A DNA stretch of 64,000 nt, from assembly GCA_965208575.1 (NCBI GenBank), contig CBDBOV010000004.1:224001-288000 (forward strand). The letters run 5' to 3'. Positions 9,938 to 20,702 of this stretch are shown piece by piece. Origin of the DNA: Spirochaetia bacterium (GTDB taxonomy: Bacteria > Spirochaetota > Spirochaetia > SZUA-6 > Bin103). A program made the translations under genes and the position numbers. Positions within the stretch are counted from its first letter, which is position 1. Each line of letters starts with the position of its first letter. The notes beneath the pieces are model-generated. The model was given only the letters and a program-made list of their open reading frames with translations, did no database searches and was not told the DNA's origin.

Positions 9938-10129
9938 GGCCCCACCCTCGTGCCACTGATCATCAAGACTCGGAAGTGTCGCACATATTTCCGGCGGCTG
10001 CACGGGAGTCCGAGCAACCGAGCAAATCGCGCTGTCTCCTCTCCTCTGTGCATGGTTTGTCTCTGGCAACGGTGGGGCTAATCTCGTGAGGAGAGGTGGA
10101 TAGTGGCAGTCCAGACCCGCCAGACAAAT

Positions 10130-10285
10130 GCAAGGCCGATCGCCGATCGCGTATCCAGGAGACCGCGATCAGTGCGGAGGCGATGTTGCCCGGCGGTCCC
10201 TACGATTTGTGGCGCGAGGACGAGATTGCGCGGCGGGTCAAGAACCTAGTGGAGGCTATCGCGCAGTTTCCGAAGCTGCCGAAGC
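10130..10285 (+). pseudogene. Short remnant resembling an internal part of a DUF499-type ATPase
   Basis: KADRRSRIQETAISAEAMLPGGPYDLWREDE..RRVK.LV.A.AQFPKLPK recalled as similar to DUF499 proteins; flanks are non-coding-like; unverified. Confidence 0.35.
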
Positions 10286-10448
10286 AGCAGCTGGCGTGGC
10301 GCTGGCTCAGGCGTCGAGGCCGTAGGGGTCGTCGTAGATCTCCTGCCACATGCGTCCGCCGGTTGCCAAGCCGGCATCGTGGCCTTGTGAGCGTCGGGGC
10401 GGCGCAGGTAGGATACGGCGTGCGGTGCGGGCGGCACCGCCGGCCACC

Positions 10449-13260
10449 ATGACCAAGGCAGGAAAGAGAGGAAAATCGAGGCGCAAGCGGCGGCCGCGAG
10501 ACGGACCGCCGCCGACGGTCGGGTGGATCTCGACCGACGAGGACGAGATCACGCGCCGGCAGTGGCGCGGGCGCACCGAGATCGACCGGGTACTTCCCGT
10601 CGACGCAAATCACCACCCGTTCGGCGATTACCGGGTCACCTCGTCGAGCGGCCGCAGCTACGTCGTCGAGATCCGCTCCCTGAGCGAACGCATCAACTCG
10701 TGCGAGTGTCATGATTACCGCACCAACCGGCTGGGCAGTTGCAAGCACGTGGAGGGCGTGCTGCATCGGATCCGGAACGACCGTGCGCTGCGTGTCCGGG
10801 CCGGAGCTGCCAGCCGCCGCATCGAGATTTTCCTCGATGAGGGCGCCGGACGTGCGGTGCGTGTGACCACCCCTGCCGAGCCTGCTGGCGCCGAGCCTGA
10901 TCTCATGGAGGAGGTGCAGCGACTGTGCGTCAACCTGCGCCGCGGCTCGCAGCGTGCGCTGCGCACGCTGCACCGGTTGGCGGACTTGCATCCTGATCAC
11001 CTGCGGGTTTCGCGCTTGCTGGAGGGCTGGACCGCCGCACGCCGGGCGGTGCGGCGCCGGCGGCGCGAGTACGACCGCTTCCGGGCCAGTCTGACTGCCG
11101 ACGGGGCGCGGGAGCTGCTCAAGCAGCCGCTGCTGCCCTACCAGGTCGACGGCGTGCTGCACCTGGTGTTTCGGGAGCGCGCGCTGCTGGCCGACGACAT
11201 GGGCCTCGGCAAGACCGTGCAGGCGATTGCCGCGTGCGCCCTGCTGCGCAAGCTGCGCGGCATCGAGCGCGTGCTGGTGGTGTCACCCGCGTCGCTCAAG
11301 GCGGAGTGGGAAGAACAGATCGACCGCTTCTCGGCGTTGCCGGCGCGCGTGGTAACGGGCAACCGGCTAGTGCGGCGCGCGGCGTACCGCAGCCGAACCT
11401 TCTTCACGCTGTGCAACTACGAGCAGATTCTGGCCGACGGCGACGACCTGCTCGACCTCCTGCAGCCGGAGGTGGTGATCCTGGACGAAGCGCAGCGCAT
11501 CAAGAACTGGCAGACCAAGACCGCGAGTGCGGTCAAGCGGTTGCACAGCCGCTATGCGTTCGTCCTCACCGGCACGCCGCTGGAGAATCGCATTGACGAG
11601 CTCTACTCCATCGTTCAGTTTCTCGACCCCGACGTGCTCGGCCCGCTGTTTCGCTTCAACCGGGAGTTCTACGAGCTGGATGACAAGGGCCACCCGACCG
11701 GCTACCCGCAACCTCGAACGGCTTGCCGACCGCGTCGCCCCGGTAATGCTGCGACGCCGCAAGGAGGAGGTGGAGCACGAACTCCCGAGCCGGATGACGA
11801 AGACGTTCTTCGTCCCCATGACCGATACCCAGCTCGACGTGTACGAGGACTACGAGTACTGGGCACGGCGTCTCGCCGCGATTGCGCAGCGCCGCCCGCT
11901 CACCAAGGAGGAGTACGAGCGCCTGCAAATGTTCCTGGCCTGCATGCGCATGGTGTGCGACACGCCCACCATTCTCGACGGCGAACGTCACGAGTGTCCC
12001 AAGCTCGACGAGATCGAACGCCTGCTGCCCGAACTGCTGAGCGACCCGCAACGCAAGATCCTGATCTTCTCCGAGTGGGTGCGGATGCTGGAACTGGTGC
12101 GCGAGTGCGCCGTCGCCGCCGGCGTCGAATTCGCCTGGCACACCGGGTCCGTGTCGCAGGTACGGCGCCGGGCCGAGATACACCGCTTTCGCGAGGACCC
12201 CGAGTGCCGGCTGTTCCTCTCTTCCGAGTCGGGGGGCGTAGGACTCAACCTGCAGGCCGCCGACACGGTGATCAACCTGGACCAGCCGTGGAATCCGGCG
12301 CGATTGGAGCAGCGCATCGCGCGCGCCTGGCGCAAGCATCAGACGCGTCCGGTCACGGTGATCAACCTGGTGAGCGAGAAGACCATCGAGCATCGCATGC
12401 TCGGGCTGCTGGACGCCAAGCGGGCTCTCGCGGACGGCGTGATCGACCGGCGCGGCGATCTGTCCGCGATCCGCATGCCCACCAGCCGCGCAGCGTTCAT
12501 GGAGCGTCTGAACGCCGTGCTCGATACGGATGGCGAGCGGGACGCCGTTGCGACCGCCGAGCCTCAGCCGCGCACCGAGACCGAGCGACTGCGCGACGAC
12601 CTGGTGGCCCGGTATGGTTCGGCGTTGCAGCGCATCCTGGTCGGCGAGGATGCAGATCAGTCCGAAGATCGGGGGGCGATGCTGGTGGTGCTGGACCTGC
12701 CCGCGGCAGGCGCGGCGGAGGAAGAGCGCCGCCTCGCCGAGGCCACCGGCATGCGCGTTACGGTGATCGACGCGGCCAGCCACGAGGCGATGCAGCGCCT
12801 CGCCCGGAACGGGTTGATCACCATGCCCGGCGAGCGGTTGCGGGAGATACATCCGACTCCTGGCGCAGAACAGGAGCGAGCCGCGGCGCGGGCGGCTCGG
12901 GCGCGCACCCTGGTTGACCAGGCAGTGCACAAGCTCAAGGCTGCGGCACTGCTGGAGGGAGGCGGCTTCGCGGAGGAGGCGCAGGCGCCGGCGCTGGAGG
13001 GTGCGCGCCTTGCGGTCGGCGCGCTGGCTGCGGGACGCGGCGAGCCGGAGCCGGACGACGCCGACGGGGCCGCGGCATTCCTGCTGGGTAACGGGCCGGA
13101 AGAGATACCCGACGGTCTGCCGCATGAAGCGATCCGCATCCTGTCGGGAGAGCGGGCCGACGACGGCATCGTTACCCCGGTGCGAGGGTTGGTAGAACGC
13201 ATTTCCGGGATCGTCGAAGACCTGCCCTGCTCCACGCTTGCGAGCGGCGAGGAGCGGTAA
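10449..13260 (+). CDS. SWIM Zn-finger + SNF2/SWI2 helicase with degenerate MNT-like and HEPN-like C-terminal region; +1 frameshift at ~11705-11707
   Basis: SWIM CECHDY..CKH; motif I ADDMGLGKT; DEAQ; LTGTPLEN in ORF 10350.. Continues in ORF 11527..13260 (LRRRK, IFSEW, GGVGLNLQ, WNPARLEQRIAR). GGC TAC CCG C has one extra C relative to GY-RNL. Confidence 0.85.
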
Positions 13261-13263
13261 GCG

Positions 13264-14746
13264 TCACTCCCTCTGTCGCCGGCCCGCGGACTTGTGCCAC
13301 CGCCCGCGTAGCGTGTGCAACTCCTCCTGGAATCGTTTTTCATCCGGGAGCAGGGCGATAGCCCGTTGATAGGACTGCTCGACCTCGTGAACTGGTGCTC
13401 GCAGACGGTTCAGCGTGCGCCCGAGATCGCGCCTCGCCCAGCCGTGGCGGGACTTCGGCGCTTCGAGCTGAAGCACACGTTCCAGGAGCGCGCGCGCCTC
13501 ACCGAGCAGCCGCCGACTTGCGCCAGGTGCGTCCCTCGTCGAAGTCGAAACGCGGGACCGGTGATCCGTTGTCCTCCATGGCTTGAAAGATCCTCGGGAG
13601 CCCGGTGAGGCGCTGCTCGGCGAGCCGCAACTCCCTGAGGAAATCGCCGATGCGGCGATTGCGCGGTGGTACGAGCGGAATGTTCGCGTCTGGTTCCAGA
13701 TGACTCAACTCTATTCCCGCGACCGGCCCGGGATAGCTGACGATCTCGATCCGATCAGGGTACAGATACACCTTGGTGGGTTCCACGTCACTTTCCTGAT
13801 AGCCGCGGTGGTACAGGGCGTTTACCAGCGTCTCGCGTAGCGCGCGTTGCGGATAGTTTACCCAGCGCCGCACCTGGATGCGGTCGTGTTCCTTCTTCAG
13901 ATGGGCTTCCGCCAGATTCTCCAGGTAGTCGAGACAGGCCCGCAGCTGGGTAACGAGCGAGCCCTTGAACATGCGTTCTTCCTGGACTTCGCCGGCGCGG
14001 TCGGCGGCGAATTGCACCACTTCGATCCAGGCGCCGCGAAACCAGCGCTGCGGCGCATCCGAAAAGAACAGCAGGCCTACATTGCGCGGAACGCCGTGTC
14101 CATTCACCGGCACCGTGAGCCGCATGCGCCGGTAGATTTCCAGCGCGTCCGGCTGATCGATAAGACCGCTGCGCACGTCGCGCAGGTACTCCCGCACCAA
14201 CTCGGCGCGCAGATCCTCGACCCGTGCCTGCAGCGCTCTGCGGTCGTCCCATGGCACCCGCGCCGTGGTCTCGAGCAGCGCCTGCAGCATGCCGTTCGCC
14301 TGAGCATCGACGGTCTCGGCACCAAGCCGAATCCAGAACCGGCGCTCCTCCCCACGCCCTTCCGGCGCCGCGTGAGGTCTCGTATCGCTCGGTGGCACCC
14401 ACACGACGAGGATGTGACGGTCGTCCACAATCTCCGGGGACACTACCGGCTGGTAGACGGGATCGATTCTGTTGCAATTGCCGCGTATCCACTTCTGGGC
14501 AGCGGCGAGCTGGTCCGGCGTGAGACCCGCCGGGGGCAATGCTGCCCGGCCATCTGCTTCCTTCACGCCGAGCACTACGTAACCGCCGTTGAGGCTCTGC
14601 AAGTCGTTGGCGAATGCGCAGATCGTCTTCAGAACCTGCGGTCCCGTGGTCTTGGGATCCCATCCGGCCTTGAACTCGACGCGAACGGACTCCACCACGC
14701 GACAGTGGAGCAGGTCATCGAGATTGATGGGCAGCGTGCGGCTCAC
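13264..14746 (-). pseudogene. AlbA_2/Schlafen + HATPase_c_4 (RecG-C-like) protein with out-of-frame TPR-like C-terminal remnant (internal deletion)
   Basis: VESVRVEFK, CAFAND, GGY.VLGV, LRETLVNALYHRGY, PRNRRIGDFL. The ORF stops right after FDFDEGRT; another frame gives RRLLGEARALLERVLQLE...YQRAIALLPDE to 13264. Confidence 0.7.
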
Positions 14747-14814
14747 CGTGCCTCATTGTCTCCGCGGGCGAGCACATTGACAACTGCATCCGTGCGCCCG
14801 CGGGGCGGAACGCA

Positions 14815-14845
14815 AAGGAGGCGGCGTGAACCGCCGCCTCCTTGA
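14815..14845. terminator. Hairpin, probable terminator for the solute-binding protein gene
   Basis: AAGGAGGCGGCG-TGAAC-CGCCGCCTCCTT perfect inverted repeat. Confidence 0.65.
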
Positions 14846-14899
14846 TCGAGTCGAAGTGAACGCTCGCTTGGTGCGTTCGCTGTCAGAGCGACCCGCTCG

Positions 14900-16555
14900 T
14901 CAGAGTGGCCGGACCGGGTGGCCGGTGCCGCGGTCGTGGGGGCGCGGGGTGACGCCGCCGGTGCCTGCCAGGAACTTGTCCAGGTTCTCCTGCCAGATCT
15001 CCATCAGCCGCGGCAGGCCGATCGAGTTCAGGTCTTCCTGGAACTGGTCCCACTCCTCGTCGGCGCCGCCCTCGGTGATCCACCGGGCGAGGGTCTTTTT
15101 CACCAGGGCCTGAATGTCAGGCAGCATCGTCTGTTCCTCGTTGATCTGCGCAGAGGACAACATCGGACGCGGCCAGTACATCTCCGGCCACTGGTCGGCA
15201 TAGGTGTCGTACTTCACCGTGCCGCACATCTCGGCGGCCTCGAAGATGAACATGTTCAGGTACATGTCGTTGTCGATCGAGGTGATGAACCCCGGTCCGA
15301 TGGTCTCCAGGTCGCGCCATTCCGACAGCCCGAGGCCCTCCGGGGTCGGCGCCACGCCGTAGGTGCCGTCGTCGTTCTCGATCACGCGCACGCCGAGCGG
15401 GCCCTCCATGGTGGTGAGGCTGTTGAGCGGATCGTACCAGTAGTCGATCCAGCGCATCACCACCTCGGGGTGTTCGGCGGCAGCGGTGATCGGCGCAATT
15501 CCGCGATCCCAGGAGAAGCGGTAGTTGGCCTGCGGCTCGTAGCCGGGAGCCTTCAGCGCCGGCAGGTACTCCCAGTCCAGCCAGCGGCTGGTGTCCACGC
15601 TGTTCTGCGCCCACCAGTCATTGAAGCTGAACAGTTGGTCCTGCTTGAACTTGGCAACGTAGCCGCTCCAATCGTGGGAAAACACCTCCGGATCGACCAG
15701 TCCCGCCTCCCACAGCCGGTGCAGGTACTTGGCCGTGTCCCGGAAGCCCTCCTGCGTGGGCGCGTAGACTACCTTGCCGTCCTGCACCATCATCAGGTCG
15801 CGGTTGTCGCTGAAGCCTTCCTCCACCGGCAGGCCATGTGCCCAGAAAAACGTGCTCATGCCCTGAGCACAGCCGCCGAAGTTGAACGACAGCGGGATCT
15901 CGTCCGCCTCGCCGTTGCCGTTCAGGTCGCCGGCGTTCTTTACCGCCATCAGCAGCTCGTAGTACTCCTCGGTGGTGGTGGGCACCTCGGCGCCAAGCTG
16001 ATCCAGCCACGGCTTGTTCAGGTAGGTCAGGGGACAGGTGGTGGTCCAGCTTCCCTCGTTGAGCTTGAACAGCGCGTAGATGTTGCCGTCGGACGCGGTA
16101 ATGAACGGGCGCAGCGTGGGTTTCTTGTCGAAAATCGCGGTCACGTTGGGAGCGAACTGGTCGATCAGGTCGTTCATCGGCAGGAACGCGCCCGCTTCGC
16201 CGTTGCTGACCACGTTGAAGTCGCTCAACGGCGCCCCGAACGTGTCCGGCAGGTCGCCCGACGCCAGCATCAGGTTGGTGCGCTCCAGCCACGCATCGCC
16301 GTTCACGGCAATCCAGTCGACCTCGACCCCGGTAATCTCGCGCGCCTGCTCCGGCACCATCATCTCGGAGGGATCCTTGACGTGGCTGGCCCACTTCTGC
16401 CACACCACGCTGATGGTTACCGGCTCGTCGACGATCGGGTAGCCGGTGGCGTTGAAGCCCGCGGCCTCGGCGGCCGCCTCCTCCGTTGCCGAGGCGAAAG
16501 CCCCGGCGGTCACCGCCAGCAACAGGCCGGCGGACAAGGCGAACATTCGTAGCAT
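14900..16555 (-). CDS. Carbohydrate ABC transporter extracellular solute-binding protein
   Basis: Signal peptide MLRMFALSAGLLLAV, GFNATGYPIV, LMLASGDLPD, DGNIYAL, PTTTEE; RBS AGAGGAGG upstream. Confidence 0.9.
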   Translation of the reverse strand: MLRMFALSAGLLLAVTAGAFASATEEAAAEAAGFNATGYPIVDEPVTISVVWQKWASHVKDPSEMMVPEQAREITGVEVDWIAVNGDAWLERTNLMLASGDLPDTFGAPLSDFNVVSNGEAGAFLPMNDLIDQFAPNVTAIFDKKPTLRPFITASDGNIYALFKLNEGSWTTTCPLTYLNKPWLDQLGAEVPTTTEEYYELLMAVKNAGDLNGNGEADEIPLSFNFGGCAQGMSTFFWAHGLPVEEGFSDNRDLMMVQDGKVVYAPTQEGFRDTAKYLHRLWEAGLVDPEVFSHDWSGYVAKFKQDQLFSFNDWWAQNSVDTSRWLDWEYLPALKAPGYEPQANYRFSWDRGIAPITAAAEHPEVVMRWIDYWYDPLNSLTTMEGPLGVRVIENDDGTYGVAPTPEGLGLSEWRDLETIGPGFITSIDNDMYLNMFIFEAAEMCGTVKYDTYADQWPEMYWPRPMLSSAQINEEQTMLPDIQALVKKTLARWITEGGADEEWDQFQEDLNSIGLPRLMEIWQENLDKFLAGTGGVTPRPHDRGTGHPVRPL

Positions 16556-16720
16556 CAGGTTCCTCCTCTGCTTGCTCGGTTCGTATGCTCCGATCCTAAC
16601 CCGAGGTTTGAGAGGCCGTTCTTGTAACTGTTTCCTATTACAGGAATTAGCGTGTTCATGGGTGTAAATCGTGTCCATGTAAATAGTCCTGTGGTTCAGC
16701 GTTAATTTTCTCTCATCTGG

Positions 16721-16750
16721 TTGACATGTAATTATTAAATGATCTACCAT
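16721..16750 (+). promoter_or_regulatory. sigma70-like promoter for the IS1634 transposase
   Basis: TTGACA-18 nt-TACCAT, ending 18 nt before the ATG. Confidence 0.55.
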
Positions 16751-16768
16751 TCCCTCCGTAGGGTGCCC

Positions 16769-18499
16769 ATGTACATCGACACCGTCCCCAACCGCAACTC
16801 TCCCCCAGCCGTCCTCCTCCGCGAGTCCTTCCGCCAGCACGGCAAGGTCAAAAAACGCACCATCGCCAACCTCTCCAAGTGGCCCGATCACCTCGTCGAG
16901 GGTTTGCGCGTCCTCCTCAACGGCGGTATCGCTCTGCGCTCTCCCAACGAACTGCTCTCCATCTTGCGCAGCTATCCCCACGGCCACGTCGCCGCCGTCC
17001 TCGGTTCCCTCCGCAAGCTCTCCCTCCATTCCCTCGTCGCTCGTCCCGCCTCCCGTGAACGCGACCTGGTCGTCGCCATGATCGTCGCTCGCGTCGTCGA
17101 CGCTCGCTCCAAACTCGCCACCGCTCGCGGCCTGAACCCCGAAAGCGCCGTCTCCTCCCTCGGCCACCTGCTGCAGTTGGGAGCCGTCGACGAGAATGAG
17201 CTGTATGCCGCCATGGATTGGCTGCTCGCTCGCCAGCACGGCATCGAGCAGCGCTTGGCCAAGCGCCATCTGCATGACAACACGCTCATGTTGTACGACC
17301 TGACTTCCAGTTACTTCCATGGCCACACCTGCCCGTTGGCGCGCCGTGGTCACAGCCGCGACGGCAAACGCGGCACCTTGCAGATCGTGTTCGGCCTGCT
17401 GTGTACCGCAGACGGCTGTCCCATCGCCGTCGAGGTATTCGAGGGCTCCACCAGTGACCCCAAGACGGTCGCCGCTCAGGTCGACAAGATTCGCAACCGT
17501 TTCGGCTTGCAGCGCGTCGTGCTGGTCGGCGACCGCGGCATGCTCACCGGCGCGCGCATCCGCGAGGACCTGCAGGGGATCGACGGCCTGCGCTGGATCA
17601 CGACCCTGCGGGCGCCCACCATCCGCAAGCTGATCGAGGCCGGCGAAGTGGCGCAGACCATGTTCGACGAGCGTGACCTGGCGGAGATCAGCTCACCCGA
17701 GTTCCCCGGCGAGCGGCTGATCGTGTGCCGCAACCCGATCCTGGCCGAGCAACGGCAGCGCAAGAGGCAGAAGTTGCTGGCCTCCACGGAGGAGGAACTG
17801 ACGCCGATCGTGACGGCCACGCAGCGCGCCAAAAAGCCGCTGCGCGGCGCCGCCGCGATCGGCCTGCGGGTGGGCAAGGTGATCAACCACTACAAGGTGG
17901 GCAAGCATTTCACCACCACCATCACCGACGACTCGTTCTCGTTCGTGCGTGACCTGGACAAGATCGCGGCCGAGGAAGAACTGGACGGGCTCTACATCGT
18001 GCGCTCCAACGTGGAGCCGGAGCTGTTCGACGCCGAGCAGACGGTGACGGCGTACAAGGATCTGGCCAAGGTGGAGCGCGCCTTCCGCAGCATGAAAACG
18101 GTGGATCTGAAGGTGCGACCGATCTATCACCGCAGTGCTGACCGGGTGCGGGCGCACGTGTTCCTGTGCATGCTGGCCTACTACGTGGAGTGGCACATGC
18201 GCAGCAAGCTGGCGCCGGTGCTGTTCGACGACCACGACCGCGCCGCCGGCGAGGCGCTGCGCGAGTCGGTGGTGCAACCGGCGGAACGCTCACCGGCCGC
18301 ACACCGGAAGGCGGCGAGCAAGCGTACCGACGACGGTCTGCCGGTGCACAGCTTTCGCAGCCTGATGAGCGAGTTGGGGACGCTGACGGCCAACCGCGTG
18401 CGGATAGTGGATAGCGGCGCCACGTTCACCATGCACAGCGAACCGACCGCGCTGCAGCAGCGCTGTTTCGATCTCCTGGAGGTCAGCGCCCAAGTGTAG
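16769..18499 (+). CDS. IS1634-family DDE transposase
   Basis: MYIDTVPNRNSPPAVLLRES, LYDLTSSY, VGDRGM, YKDLAKVERAFR.MK, RVRAHVFLCMLAY. Confidence 0.95.
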   Translation: MYIDTVPNRNSPPAVLLRESFRQHGKVKKRTIANLSKWPDHLVEGLRVLLNGGIALRSPNELLSILRSYPHGHVAAVLGSLRKLSLHSLVARPASRERDLVVAMIVARVVDARSKLATARGLNPESAVSSLGHLLQLGAVDENELYAAMDWLLARQHGIEQRLAKRHLHDNTLMLYDLTSSYFHGHTCPLARRGHSRDGKRGTLQIVFGLLCTADGCPIAVEVFEGSTSDPKTVAAQVDKIRNRFGLQRVVLVGDRGMLTGARIREDLQGIDGLRWITTLRAPTIRKLIEAGEVAQTMFDERDLAEISSPEFPGERLIVCRNPILAEQRQRKRQKLLASTEEELTPIVTATQRAKKPLRGAAAIGLRVGKVINHYKVGKHFTTTITDDSFSFVRDLDKIAAEEELDGLYIVRSNVEPELFDAEQTVTAYKDLAKVERAFRSMKTVDLKVRPIYHRSADRVRAHVFLCMLAYYVEWHMRSKLAPVLFDDHDRAAGEALRESVVQPAERSPAAHRKAASKRTDDGLPVHSFRSLMSELGTLTANRVRIVDSGATFTMHSEPTALQQRCFDLLEVSAQV

Positions 18500-18601
18500 C
18501 CAGTAACGGACATCGGCTGTTGAGCGCAATTTTCAGATCAATAACGAATTAACAAGATTCCCGCTCTGGAACTTCGGCCTAACAAGGCCGGACCCGCCAC
18601 G

Positions 18602-19570
18602 CTACCCCTTCAGCGATCCGATCATCACCCCGGTCATGAAGTAGCGCTGCAGGAACGGGTACAGCAGCAGGATCGGCGCCGAGGCGACCACGATGGCGGA
18701 GAACTTGATCAGCTCGGCCAGCATCTGGATCTCCGCGAACTCGCGCGGGTCGCCGGTGAACATCATCTCCGACAGGCGGGCGCGCAGCAGGATGTCGCGC
18801 AGCACCATCTGCAGCGGGTACTTGTCGGGATCGTTGAGGAAGATCAGCGCCTCGAAGAACGCGTTCCAGTGGAACACGCCGTAGAACAGCACCTCCACGG
18901 CGATGATCGCGGGCGAGATCGGCAGCACGATCTGAAAGAAGAAGCGCGCGGTGCCGCAGCCGTCCACGCGTGCCGCCTCCAGCAGTTCGTCGGGAATGGT
19001 GGTGGCGAAGAAGGTGCGCGCGATGATCAGGTTGACCACGTTGACGGCGGTTGGGAGTACCATGGCGCCGATGGTATTGAGCAGCCCGAGGTTGCGCACC
19101 AGCAGGTAGAGCGGGATCAGGCCGCCGTTGAACAGCATGGTGAACACGATGAACGCGGAGATCAGGTTGCGGCCCTTGAAGTCGCGCCGCGACAGGGCGT
19201 AGCCGGCGAGCACGGTGAGGGTGACGTTGAGCGCCGTGCCGACCCCGGTGTAGATGAAGGTGTTGCGGTAGCCGATCATGATGTTGGGATCGCGAAACAC
19301 GCGCGTATAGCCCTGCAGGGTGAGCCCGCGCGGGTACCAGGTCACCTTGCCGGTGTTCACCAGGCTCGGTTCGCTGATCGAGGAGATCAGCACGAAGTAG
19401 AGCGGGTACACCAGCGCCGCCAGCACCAGCGTCAGGATGGTCAGGTTGACGGCGTCGAACACCCGGTCGGGGGCGCTCGGCCGGGTCCGGCCGCGGCGCC
19501 TCGGGGCGGCCTCCAGGACCCGGTCGAGCGGCTGTCCGGCGGCGCGGCCGCTCAACTCGCGGTCTGCCAT
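18602..19570 (-). CDS. Carbohydrate ABC transporter permease (MalG/LplC-like)
   Basis: GYALSR, FNGGLIP, EAARVDG EAA loop, YPFLQRYF..G.MIGSLKG. Confidence 0.92.
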   Translation of the reverse strand: MADRELSGRAAGQPLDRVLEAAPRRRGRTRPSAPDRVFDAVNLTILTLVLAALVYPLYFVLISSISEPSLVNTGKVTWYPRGLTLQGYTRVFRDPNIMIGYRNTFIYTGVGTALNVTLTVLAGYALSRRDFKGRNLISAFIVFTMLFNGGLIPLYLLVRNLGLLNTIGAMVLPTAVNVVNLIIARTFFATTIPDELLEAARVDGCGTARFFFQIVLPISPAIIAVEVLFYGVFHWNAFFEALIFLNDPDKYPLQMVLRDILLRARLSEMMFTGDPREFAEIQMLAELIKFSAIVVASAPILLLYPFLQRYFMTGVMIGSLKG

Positions 19571-19589
19571 CGCTCCCCTGCCACTCCGG

Positions 19590-20555
19590 CTACCACAGGC
19601 TGTTGCCGGTGACCCGCTTGGAAATCTGGTTGACGAGCAGAATCAGCGCCAGGTTGATCACCGCGTTGAACAGCCCCACCGCGGCCGAGAAGCTGAACTG
19701 CGCCCCGATCAGGCCCTGCTTGTAGACGTAGGTGGGGATGATCTCCGAGGCGTCCATGTTGAGTTCGGTCTGCATCAGGAACGCCTTCTGGAAGCCGATG
19801 TCCATGAGCCGCCCGACGCGCAGGATCAACAGCACGATGGCGGTGGGAAGGATGCCGGGGATGTCGATGTGGATGATGCGCTGCAGCTTGGTGGCGCCGT
19901 CGACGATCGCGGCTTCGTGCAGCTCCGGGTTGATGGTGCTGAGCACCGCGAGGTAGATGATGGCGGCGAAGCCGGTCTCCTTCCAGATCTCGGTGCCCAC
20001 GTAGACGTGCCGGAACCAGGCGGCGCTGCCCATGAAGTCGGTCGCCCCGCCGCCGAGGAACATGATCAGGCGGTTGACCACGCCGTTGGTAGGCGACAGG
20101 AACAGGAAGATCATGCCGATGAACACCACCATCGAGATGAAGTAAGGGACGTAGGAGGCGGTCTGCAGGGTCTTGCGCAGCAGCGGATACTCGACCTGGT
20201 TGACCATCAGCGCGAAGGCGATCGGCACCGGGAACGCCGCCACCAGCACGTACACGCTGATCAGGATGGTGTTGCGAATGAGCAGTTCGAAGAAGTAGGA
20301 GTTGAAGAACCGTTCGAAGTGGGCGAAGCCGGCCCAGGGGCTGCCCAGGATGCCCTTGATCGGCGTGAAGTTCTTGAACGCGATGACCGCCCCGTACATC
20401 GGCCAGTAGTGGAAAATGACGAAGTAGAGGACGGTCGGCAGCACGAACAGGTACAGCACCCAGTTCTCGCGCAGGTAGCGCGCCAGCGGTTGTCCCCTCG
20501 TTGCCGTGGCCTGGAGATCCTGGCCGGCAGGCGATTCCTGGATATCGGTTGCCAT
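19590..20555 (-). CDS. Carbohydrate ABC transporter permease (MalF/LplB-like)
   Basis: PMYG..IAFK, SPWAG, PYFIS, EAAIVDGA, AAVGLFN. Confidence 0.92.
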   Translation of the reverse strand: MATDIQESPAGQDLQATATRGQPLARYLRENWVLYLFVLPTVLYFVIFHYWPMYGAVIAFKNFTPIKGILGSPWAGFAHFERFFNSYFFELLIRNTILISVYVLVAAFPVPIAFALMVNQVEYPLLRKTLQTASYVPYFISMVVFIGMIFLFLSPTNGVVNRLIMFLGGGATDFMGSAAWFRHVYVGTEIWKETGFAAIIYLAVLSTINPELHEAAIVDGATKLQRIIHIDIPGILPTAIVLLILRVGRLMDIGFQKAFLMQTELNMDASEIIPTYVYKQGLIGAQFSFSAAVGLFNAVINLALILLVNQISKRVTGNSLW

Positions 20556-20702
20556 CGTGTTCCGTGTTGCCGGTGACGCTAGCACGCGCCCGGAGGGTGG
20601 TCAACCGTTCCCGGCGTCGTGGGCGTCGTGACGGCACGGTGCTGTGGGAGGTCAATCGTGGTTCCGGGTGACACGGGCCGGCGCATGCGGGATGATGGGC
20701 GC

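Larger units (their letters stand above)
16601..18577 (+). mobile_element. IS1634-family insertion sequence (1977 bp)
   Basis: Imperfect IRs CCGAGGTTTGAGAG / CCGAAGTTCCAGAG (rc); 6-bp direct repeat CCTAAC at 16595-16600 and 18578-18583; AT-rich ends. Confidence 0.9.

Noticed and set aside
14900-17353. 817-aa SBP with a long N-terminal extension
   Set aside because: The extension is the antisense strand of IS1634; RBS and signal peptide place the start at 16555
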